64,000 nucleotides of DNA from Ascidiella aspersa (Eukaryota), in contig OZ004609.1 in the NCBI GenBank assembly GCA_963924565.1, positions 26,288,001 through 26,352,000 on the forward strand. The letters run 5' to 3'. The notes beneath the pieces are model-generated. The model did not search any database and was not told where the DNA came from. It saw only the letters and a program-made list of their open reading frames with translations. Position 1 is the stretch's first letter; each line of letters opens with the position of its first letter. Below, in pieces: positions 22,701 to 34,700 of the stretch. The translations under genes were made by a program, and so were the position numbers.

Positions 22701-25700
22701 ACAAAATAGGGTAATCAGGTGGCACTATATAACGACAAGTTTTATTGAAATCTTGACAAGCTTTTTCTGGTCAAAGAAGAAATGATTTCTCCTTAAAAAA
22801 TGCCACCTGGTTATCCTATTTAGAAATAGACTAGTACAGCTATTTACAATGACAAGTTATGGTTTTCCAAAAAAATACGATTTCTTCAGTTTCTTCTGCT
22901 AACAATCCAGTCATGAACCACAGACCACTTGAAATATTGTGTATATTGTGCAATATCGCGAAAAATGCACTCCTGATTGTAAAGGTCCTATTTCGGTCCG
23001 AACCATGATTTACCGGAAAAAAATTACCGCCTTACTTAACAAAACCATCAATTTGTCTGGCGTGAAAACGTACCCTTGCGCCAATGCCGCATTTTTGCGT
23101 TAAAAGGCCATCGACTGTTTCGTGAACTTTTGCGAAAACATTCGTCACAACTTCACGCGCCAAACCATCCTCGTCTCGTCGCAATCGATGCCAAGCACAT
23201 TAACCGAGACTCGCGCGATGCTGAGTAAGCACCACGGCGAGATGAGTCAGCTCCTGGACGACAAGCAGATCGCCAATCTGAACGCGCGGGGTCGGAGGTT
23301 ACTGGAGCAGCTGACCAATCAGGATAACCCGGATACCAGGTGAGCCTGTTGCCCTCAAATCAGAGACCATCGCGCTTACGATGGGGATATGTCATACAAT
23401 GTGTTTAGGTGTGTTGTCATAAATGGTTTGGAAATATAGGTCGGCTTACTATCGTTGTTGTTGTCCGCTAAGAGCCTATATTTATATTCATAGCGTGACC
23501 CATCCCATCGCCATTTGTAAGGGGAGCGTGTTGATACAAAGGTGTTGGACGAAAATGCTTCGGAGTGAACGCTGTGCAGTTTATTGGACTGCCATTAGAA
23601 AGTATAATGTGATGTTATACTACTATAGAGAACTACAGAAAGTTCGATACTGTCAGATTCAGATACAAAGCTAAGGCAAACGATTCATAACCCTGCGTTT
23701 TAAATTACAGATTAAAGCGTAAAACAAAAAAGTAGAGGGCCTTAACAGCTTTTTAATAATATTAGTCACTTGTGGCATCCTTATGAAGCGGTATTTATTT
23801 TCTAGCAGAACAAAAGTGAACGCCCGGTCTCTTTTTCGTGACTTGCTTTGTCAATTTTCCTCCCTTTGTGTAAAACACGTTTTAAAGCTTGCACCAGACT
23901 TGAAACACGAAGTTTAGTAAATTTTAAAGCCTCCTTAGGACAGCCGCTAGCTGCTGCACCCCGCTGGGAGGTATAGATAGCAGGCCGGTAACTTTATAAG
24001 TGGCCCTGAGAACGTTGTCTGTTTGGCAGGCGCAGCGTGACCTCTGACCCATAACCTCTGTTTAGGTCAAGCCGCGACGCCGTCGCGATGTCGTATCAGG
24101 CGGCCAACGACGCTGTGGCGCAATTTGTGCGCATCGCTGACGAAAGACTGCTGACGCTGGAGCGACATCTACTGGTCAAACAGTTTGAGCAGTCGTGCGA
24201 TTGCGTGAGTAAAGTTTAAGATTAGTTGCTTCCTTGTTCCACCCTTAATTACACATTACGCGCTTTTTTACAACATTACCACTAAAGGTCCGTTTACACT
24301 ACAGCTGCGCTGAGCTGAGCAGGGCGTAAAAATCGCTAAACGTAACGTTTTTCTCTAGCTGCACTAGGAAACGGGTCTTTATAGTTGTAACTTAATGTAG
24401 TGCATGAACTTTTTTGGAACAGTACAGACTTTTACGTTTACTGAAGAACTTATACACCCTAGTCCACGCATTGCGCTGAACTTATAGAAGCATATCCCCC
24501 GTTGTACCACAAAAAGACCTATTAACCGTTATAAAGAACTAGTTTAAACCTCACAAAAACGATTGTCAAGAGAAATATTTGGTTATGATGTCACAAATTT
24601 AATATAGTATTTTGGTACATTCGAATCGGTCTTAAACCGTACTAAACCTGTTTATTTATCGTGATAGCTAAACATAGGCTTATTATAATGCAGTATCTCG
24701 TACACCCCAGTACACCCATCAATGTGGTACACCCTTTAAGAATTGTGGTACACCCGGTTGAAAAGCACTGACTTGATGGATGTGAGAAGTTAATACTCCT
24801 GGAAAATATTTTGAGCGTATTATTGCACATAAAAAACAGTTGGTTACATTGCATTTTTTATAAGCAATCAGCGGATTCCATGAATATCACATTCGTGTTT
24901 TGAGATCATTTTATTTATTATCTTGTCAATTTATAACATCATGTTTGAGAGTTAACACGTGATTTTTGATGTTACAATTTTCGAACTAAACTTGATTGAT
25001 TTTTAAGATCTGTTGTGTTCATAACATAGAAGAAAATATCGAAACTTTAACACTATAATACGTAAACTTGTATTATGGTCTTTTATTTATCATCTACATG
25101 GAACTAACCGCTTCTAACTTCAATGAGTCAACAGATTATATCACAATGGCGCACAATGCGGTTATTTTGCTACATTGTTTTTTTTTAAAATGATGTATTC
25201 CACAGATGGGTAAACTACGAATTGCCAACATATTTTTGTTGCGCTTTTGCTACCTTTGGTTGATAAGTGCCCCTTTCAATGAACAAGTAGCCTACCCCTG
25301 GACTAGCCTTTTTGACAAAAGGCACGAACGAACTCAATTCAATTTAATACTTTCACCAAATCCGAAAGCCACTCCAAGATTAGGGATAGTCGGACAAATC
25401 TATTAAGGTTTAACTTCGCACCGGCACACCCTTCGTATATAATGTAAAGCAATAGCTTTTAGCGGTATTTCCAATAACGCTTGACTGAAAAGGCACGTCG
25501 GTCTGCAATGGTTCCCAAGGTCTTTCATTTTCATTTTTCATTCTAGCGACAATAGCGACCTCACACGTGTGGTTTTAGACTTTAGAGAGTTGTGTGCAAA
25601 GTGTATTTACTTCTCTTGCTTTGTTCCCTCTATGCTCGAGCTTATATTTACAGCCATATATCGCTTTTCCTTGGTTTTAAATGTCGTTCAATTTAGTTTC

Positions 25701-28700
25701 TATACCGCGAGAGGTATCCGTTTCACTTCGTATATTAACGTCACAGACCTATCAGATTACTTCGTAAGGTCAGGAATTCGGTAGGTATACCCCCACTCAC
25801 TATATTTAAATCACGTTTCAATTTGGGTTATTAATAATTAGAGATCGACCGATATCCGTTTTTTGGACCGATACCGATACCCGATTTTTTACAATTTTTC
25901 AACCGATATCCGATACCGATACGAATTTTTTTTATATACCTGGGAAATGTTCAAAACTTGAATAAATTGAAAATGAAATCCTAATAATGTTTCAGTTTAT
26001 ACACCTTTATTAATTATTAAACTATTATTTTGCATATTAACTTGGTGTGATGCTAAAACCAATGTTTTTCATAAAAAAATTGACAAGTTGTTTGTTGTAC
26101 AGGAAAAATTATATCATATTTTTGTACTAAAATATCGGCAAAAGTATCGGTCTACAATTACCGATACCCATATATCAGTAGAAGCCAAATATCGGCCGAT
26201 ATTATCAATAAACCGATATATCGGTCTATCTCTATTAATAATGGCCTTTGCTGTAGATATTTCGATGGACAAAGAAGCACTGGCAAACGCTGCAAGACGA
26301 GTTTTCAGAAATGGAGGATTCCGTCGAGTCGCTGCTCGTGCAAAGCAGAAACTTCGAGAATTTCTACCTGGAAGTCATGGTAAGCGGTATTGTTAATGGC
26401 TTTATACTGTTAGCAACAGGGACATGAAAAGGTCCGTGATTCAGCTAAGTTCCGTGCGCGAGCCAGGCACCTACTTTCACGCGTGACGTTTTCTAGCTCG
26501 GTGACTAACTATATGTTTAAAATTCGATCAATGCTTAAACTTAGATCAATGCTCAACCTTAACGTTATACGTTTTCTGATGTGCGTGGACAAACCGTCAG
26601 GCAAAACCATCTTTCATTTTTTTTTTTCTGTTAAACAAATGTACCACACCCATGTCGCATCAAGCTTTATACTGCTCATCGTGGTATATTTATCTCAGTT
26701 TAAAAGATATACAATGTGGCATAACAAAGATAATTTTGTTAACAACCTTTTTTTTTCGTGAAGTATACAAATAAGTGTAAAATCAAAGTCATAAAAAGTC
26801 AGATTTTAGATAAAGAATTCTCGATGCTGTATGGTAACTACCAAGGTGAGTCTAGCTTTCTGCTTTTCGAGTTCGTTCTGTCATATTGACATTTTCAGAA
26901 AAAGTCGATCGCCCTTGGAGGGGGACGCCTTAATTCAATCGCCAACTTAAAAAAAAAACGCTGTTAGTTAAATGTCACCAGCTGCTGTTTTATCTCGGAC
27001 ACACGAGGCAGCTCGATTTGATGCACGCTGTTGTCCGTAGACCGCGCGATAACGGATCGCCCTCCACCCGGTTACAGCCACGGACTTGGGTTCCTGAAGT
27101 CTTAAAAAGCGCCCTCCCGCCATAAACTCGCCCGTTTTTTTACAAGCGGTTAAACCAGATAAACAACTCGCCGATCGAAATTTCGCGCAAAAATCGCCGA
27201 AACGCCTCCTTTTTCGGACTCTGGCGCCGAAAGCGGGTCTTGCGTCATATTCACCGGCGTGGCGTATTTCGTCACCGCTTGGCCATGATCGTCGTCGTTT
27301 GCGCTCAATGCCTCGTTTGTTGGTCGATACCGCATCAGAAGGCGCAGCCCTTGCTTAACAATCGCTTCATTGTGACGTGGACAAAGCGCTTCGCACGAGA
27401 GCCGATTGTTTTGCTGCCTGGGCGACGGGAAATCCCCCCCGGGCGGCGAAAGTTGCAGCTTGTTTGGGCAAAAAAACAACGCCGACCGCAACCGGTTTGG
27501 TTTCATCGCTAACGACGCGCGACTAATCGCTGAGGGCTAATCGGGTTGCTTTCAATTAGTCTTTCGAGGTTTGCCGGCGAAACGGACGAAAGGGGTCAAG
27601 TCCCACGAAGACTGGCTATCTTTGTCGTCTTTCCAGATTCTTTATCATGTTTGTCTTATTGTTGTCGTATTCTTTAAGCTGCCATAATGTTTATCGTTTT
27701 TGTTTCTCATTTTCACCCGAACGCGTTCGATCAGTTTTTCTGGTTAAGTTTAGTGTATATTTTTTTAGGCATGTCCTATTTTTAACATACGTAATTTTTC
27801 CATTGGAATAGTTACAGGTTTATTCGGCATTGTTTTGTAGGACAATTTAATTGTTAAGCACCCGCCTTTTGCCTAAATGTTGAAAAAAAGCGACAAAATC
27901 TTTAAACGTTCGCGTTATTTATAGAAATCGTGGGAAAAGGCGACATTAGGGCGAAAACACTTCTTGTCGAACGTGTAATTTTACCGCTCGAATTCGATGG
28001 CGCAGATAAAGAAAGCCTCTCTTGCCTGAAAAGGGCCGAGGACGCCGCTTTGACCCCGGAGAGCACCTGAAGTGTGTCACAAACAAATCCTTGTTTTCGC
28101 GTCAACTGTTGACCCGAGCTGAACTTGCGCATGGTGCCGAAAGCGGCGATTCGAAAACGGAAAAGGTCACCGCCAGATGGCGACATGACCCAATGGTAGT
28201 TACCCAGACCCACTCGTTTCAGACAGGTTAGCTAATACTTACCTGACGGGAGTCTTTAACCGTGATCACGTAGGCGGTCAACCCAAGGCGAGGCCTTGCC
28301 ATTGCACTTCGGCTTGGCTGAAAAAAATCAGACAGCTTAGCTGAAAAAACAAAACCTTCAACTCTATTTGGGTCGCGGCGATTTAGCTTCATAGTATGAG
28401 TACTTGAGTAGCCTGTTGTCAAGGATACTTTTATTTTTACCTTATGTACGATCAGTGGTGACTATATAGTTAAACACCGGTCACGATTTGCGACACAACA
28501 ACCACAGAAGCGATAACGGAAAGCGAGCAATTCACTTGTTTTACGGCTCGCAAGCGATTTTCCGCCGTTTTGTTTTCTCTTTTCGTGTTTCAGTTTACGA
28601 CCGCCGAGTCCGACTGCGACACGTCACACGACAATATATATATGAATGCGCGCCTCGCGATTCCTACCATCTTTTTATTGCCTTCGCAAACAGCGACCTG

Positions 28701-31700
28701 CCCCGAAGAAAACGGCTTCTGGCGCGAAGTGTCCCGGGGTCTCGGGGGTGGGCGCGAGACAATGCATCAAAGCGGCCCCGCCGTCGATGAAATATTAATG
28801 CGGGTCGCGCACAGCAGCGTGGCGGATGCGGCCAACGGCAAACATTGAATTGCCCCGAAATTCCGCCGCCGCGAGAGCTTCCCCTATATATTACCCTTGG
28901 CGCAAACGGCTCGGTGCGCCGCCCTACCAAAAACACTAGAACTCAGGCGGTCGCTCTTTGTCCGAAGCACGTAATTCGAAACCTTAAGCAGCATTAGGAT
29001 GAGTTTACGCCAAAGTTGCCTGGGCCTCTCTAAGCCGACCGCTGGTGCACGTTCGACAAACAGCAAACCAACGCAGGACGTCACAATTTCTCCACAAATC
29101 CGGATTGTGGCGTTCAATTAAACCTGATTGTGACGTCGCTAGGATTTGTCGGGATTTTGCAAGTCATAAGTAACATAGACGCGCACTAGTGTGTTGCGTG
29201 TTAAGGGGCAATTAGGAGAAACCAGGCACCGGGCCGCCATGTTTTATTCAAATATTATGCCGAGTTTTGGCGAAATTAAGTTTATTCCTTCTGCTGCATT
29301 ATTCAGCGTGGATCAATAAAGATATTTTATTTGACGAGTCTGCCGTGCAGGTGGCATTTACCCAGTAGCATGCCGTTGGAAACGTTTTAAATGAGTGCAC
29401 TTACGATGCCAGGCTTTATAAAGGCTTTATATTGCATTGCCTTTTCGTTTGTTAATTATAACAATATGCACAACGAAAAATGAGGCGGATTGAGGCGCTG
29501 TTGAAATTGAACTAGTTTGTACAAAGAGCCGGTATCTGTTGCTGAAACTTCAGATAAAACTTTACCTACACGAAAAGAGCGAATTTTTCCTTTTGTATGT
29601 TTTCTTGATGAAATAGGTACAACTATGCAAACGTCAGAAAACTATCACCGCCTCTTTGGCTTCGGATAAATGTTCGTAAATATCCATTTGCAAATGAAAA
29701 CCAACTGTCTTATATTTGCCAATAGCAACAAGTACTGCTCAAATTGTGTCGCCGCTGCGATCAGACCTCGTTCATTTGCAACAAAACCACAAGCACCTGG
29801 GCGGTTTCGTCACAAAAAGCGAGTCTCAATGGCAGCGACCCGGGTGTAATTAATCGTACCCGGTCGCGAGAGCATTCTCCCGAGGCTCCCTTTTGTGCGC
29901 GGGGCCCCAGCCATCTTGTAGTCGCCGCTGCAGGAGCCATTCACACGGCCCCGCTTTTAATTGCCAGGCATTGTGGTCACGCGAACCGTTACATCGGATA
30001 CGAGTCGAGCGTCCATTGACCGTCGATCGCCGTTGGCGGGCAAAGAAAAATACATTAGTTCGTGGATACGGCAAAGCCTAAAAGGTGCGCGTCACTGGGC
30101 TTGCACGACCCCATTTAAAATCGCCCCCTTTTTTTGAAGTAAACAACCTAAATTAGATAGAAGTTTGGGACAGCCGATAATAATAATGAATCGGGGGTGA
30201 TACCCGATCCAAAGTGTTGGCATCGGTACTTGTCCGATATCCGGGTGGTATCGCTAGCGAGCCGATTCTAACCTTATTTTGCGTTGAAGCACAGCGTTTT
30301 TTACCCTAATTTTATTTAAAAAAAGAAATTAATTTTATTTTAAATTTAACTTGCAACAAATTGAATCATTTGGTATCTCATCGGGCGGTGATACTTTTCC
30401 CCCCTAAATATCGCGTATCGCTATAATACGAATGGTCGCCATCTCCAATTACAGCCCGAGATGTTTGGAGCCGGCCGTTTTAGAAGTGGCCTTACGAGCT
30501 GGCCAGCGGCCATGTTGTGGTCGTCTCCGACGCCGGCTTGTCGCCAGTCTGCGCGTTAACAAAACAGGGCTTTAGGTCGTCGATTCGATTTCGCTGTCGT
30601 GAGCCGCCGCGACCACTGTTCCCGTGTTTGTGTTGGAAAACTCGCGCCCCGATGCCTACTGCTCCCTTGAGCAATTAGTACAGGGCGTATGTTTACGCGA
30701 AACCTTAAATCGCCGTTCCTTGTTGGGCGTCTGAGCTTATATCGTGCTCAACGTTGTCCGATATGCACGTGAATGTCAATCTTCTGCACATTTCAACGCA
30801 CATCAACAGCGCCCGGGGTCGACAATCTTTTAGTGGCGCAGCAATCGTTAACCCGCAATTGCTTCGTTTGCAAACACGCATGAACATAAACCTAACCCAC
30901 AAGCGCGCATGACAGCAAGGCCTTAAGACCGCGCAGAACTGCCATGTTATAACGTTGCACAGTCGCGCCTTTCATTGTTGTGACAGCCAGTCGTATCTGA
31001 TCGACGGCCAAAGTCGGGGCCGATTGCGGGGCCGCATTGGAAAGGAATCGAATAAAAGTTTCGCCGCCGTCGTTTCTTTGTGTGCCCGCCTTAACCCTTG
31101 ACAGTTTCTTCTTAAGTTCCCTTTGCCCGCGCAAGTTCCGTTTCTTGTCGCCGCCTGTCTTGTCTCTTGTTGCCGCTATACAGTCTTAAAAAAATCCGAG
31201 GAATTTCTTCAACTGACACCTATATCCTTGTCGGATAAATAAAATCTAAAATAGAGTGTTTCACACGCTTTTTCGCCTTCGCAAAAATGGTTGCCTTAAT
31301 TGTCCGAATTGTATCGGTTTTGGGTCGGTCTGCGATAATTGCGTCGGAATACTTTTCTGTTTGTCGTGCACAGATATCTGACACGTGTGGTTAATTGCAC
31401 TGAGTCATGCCACAACTCTATTAGGCTCGGCTTTCTGATTGCGATAAGTTTAATGTTACAGCACTTATCGTAATTAGATGAGGTGTAGAGTTTCCTTTTG
31501 CTTCCCTTTAACAGCTTGTTGTTTACCCAATAAAAGATAATGTGATCCCCGAAGATTCTAAACAAGAGGATAAAGCTATTTTGCTCGGCATTGCCATTCT
31601 GAGGTAATAAATGCGGTCTGGGCGCAAACAATTTTCTACGATTGTCTAAGTCAAAGTGCTATATCAATAACACATTTCAAATTGCCAGCAGTGAAGCAAA

Positions 31701-34700
31701 CTAGGATTGCAATATCCACTAACTCTTAAGTGGCGCTGCTTTGTAATGTCGTGGATCACCGAAAAAGTCTGGCTACTGTTTCACAACGCAAACTCACCGC
31801 AACGTAACCCACACTCGGCCACAACCGTGTTTGCATTTCCCGGTTCCCACAAGAAACGACCAAGTCGACCACCTTCCCTATCGGTTCGACAAACGACGGT
31901 CCAGCTGAAAACGACTGGGCGAATCGAATCCCGTGTTGCCGCGCACCCAGAGTAAACAGATAAACATCCACGCGCGTATCGCGAACATCCGTCTATATTT
32001 AGGCGCTCGATTCTCACGAAGATTCACCACCCGATGACGTAACGGATCGATCACTGGCGGTCCAACTTTTGGAGCCTGCTTGTCCGGTTTTAAAGGCCGG
32101 CCGCAATTTGTCGATGCCTATTTGTGACTGTTTTTCTTCTAGGCTGGATAAATACGGCCCCCCTTTTAGCGTTTGCAATATTCTACATTTATTCTGGATT
32201 AAATCAGACAGCGTATTGCTAAAAAAAAAATTAAAAATCTCAAAAAAGGAAACCGTTTGCTTTCGAAATGGCCCAGTCAGCTGGCCAGTTGCGTCCACTC
32301 GACTCGGTCAACGACTTTCGAGTTCTCGCCGTTCGTACGTTCCAAAGCCGGGTAGTCCCCTCTTGCCTTATGTGAGCGCCCCGCTTGTCCGCTTTTGGCC
32401 CTGCGCTGTTGACGCCAAACTGGTTGGAAAATATGTTTTGAGTAGCTCGTCGCTCACCCTATTAGCTACTTGCTGGGAACTGCCACTTCAAAGGTGGCGC
32501 CCTCGTTATCCCAGTAGCTAACGTTAAATGGCTGCTGTGAATTCGTTGACTTGACAAGATTTAAAATGGCTCGAACTCAGGGCAGGGACGTCCAATAATA
32601 TCTGGATCGGAGAATGCCTGATTGTAAGTGATAGTATCGGTGCTTTTCCTATACTAGCCTGAGATCTATGTGAAACTAAACAAACATAAAGCATTTTAGA
32701 AATAACTTGCGATCCAACACAGCGATTTATACTTGGATAAATTTTCACAAAATATTTACAAAGCACTTAAAAAAAATAGTAAATAAACCTCCAAGAACTA
32801 AGCTTAACGACGCTTAAGCAATTTTTTTTATCAGTTTTGCCAATTTGGCTATATGAATGAAGCCACTTTGTACAGGTCAAATGGATGTAATTTTGGACAA
32901 AATATCGCTTATCGATATCGTTATCGGTATAAAATACAAAATATTCGACTCTCCCAACTTAGGATAAAAAAAAAAAAGCTCCCTCTTGTTTTCGAATGTT
33001 GTATTCCGTCTGGTTGCACAGCAAGATCCAACAATTTTTATTAAAAAATAAAATAAAAATTTTTTTTAGGCCGTTACCAGGAAGCATACTCAGATATCAT
33101 AATGAATTACACGTTATAATTCGCATTACCCTTCCTCGGTAACCTAACTTGAACTGTACGCTTAACTGCTATTTCATCAATTTACAACGTGAATTCACAG
33201 CAGTGTACAATTCGATTAATGACTCCGACATAGGTGGCTCATAACGTTGGAATTTGGACGTTAGACGTCTATTTGCGCTCGACGAGTACATTTGTGTGGG
33301 TTGTAAACGTTGTGTTAAAACGTTAACATGTTTATCATCGCGCGCCAGTTAAACTGTCTGGAATTCGAATCACCCTGCCCATTACGATCACGACTCGTCT
33401 TAAAACAACGGTGACTTGCGTATGCGCTCAGTAGGTTGCCTTAAAAGATTTGTGTTGAATTGTCCGGCTAAATAATTATTTGCGACAGTTATTGAATATA
33501 GGTTACGGTTCCCTTAATGATGTACTTTAATTGCGCTGGCCACGCGGCCTCCTATTCGTCGAGAAATTTTTTTATGCGCAATGTTGTGTTCAAGAAGGGA
33601 GGTTATTAGGAGTGTTATATGGGCACGTACAATCCGTCTGGTGGTTTACAAACTTCAACCTCTAAACAGTTATTCATCCGCTTCCCTGATCGAACCTGTT
33701 CATTTCTTGGTACAACCGCTGGATTTGCCTAATTGGGGCTTAATGGTTGATTAATAAGTGAGCTGGAATTATTGATCTCGCGATGTAGCAATTGAATTTA
33801 CAACGGCGCCATTTATGAGATTAATTGAAGCTACTTACGACTGACGCCTGTTTATTATGGATTAAATTAAACGTTGCTTCGAGGTATCACGGATATTTAT
33901 TGGACTTGAAAAATAAATTTGGTACTAACGCCAGCAAGTTTTGTATCGTTATCCTAATGACAAGTTTAATTGAATATACTTTGTCGAGCGCATAATAATT
34001 ATAAATGTGTGTGGTTTGCGTTATACATTTATTCGGTTCAAATTTCACGTTAAACTGCCTATTATTATATCTTCAAAAAACACGTGTTTAGCTTGATAAT
34101 GAATTGCAAAGCCAAAAAGATCGAGTAGATCGACGTCATCTTGATTAAAACGTTTCGATACGAGATTGTATCATCTTCTTTTAATGGACTTGAAAAATAA
34201 CACATTAACTGAAGATGATACAAGTTCGTATCGAAACGTCCTAATCAAGATGATGTCGATCTACTCGGCCTTTTTGGCTTTGCAATTCATTATCAAGCTA
34301 AACACGTGTTTTTTGAAGATATAATAATTGGAAGTTTAACGTGAAATTTGAACCGAATAAATTCATAACGCGAACCAAATACATTTATAACTATTATGCA
34401 CTCGACATACTATATTTAATTAAACATGCCCTTTGCAATTTATTATCAAGCTACATTTCTGATCCGTGCATACACTGCATAGTGTACCCAAATACATATT
34501 TAGTTGTACCATGCGTTGCTAGTACTTGAACGTTCGAATAACGCGCAAAAATCGCAAAACACAATCTCTCCTGACGTACACGTCACGTCCTCGACATCGC
34601 GGCTTTCAAAACAGGTGTCGCATCTCGTTTCATGTTTGCCACGCGGTTTAGCCTCGAAAAAAGTTCATAAGTAAACAACCGCGCCGGCAGCACACGTGCT

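Noticed and set aside
26088-26396. 102-aa ORF and its look-alike at 61503-61763
   Set aside because: The similarity comes from the shared MITE. The true exon 26257-26379 is in another frame.
27590-27625. ggggtcaagtccc, resembling a tRNA/SINE B box
   Set aside because: No A box or cloverleaf.
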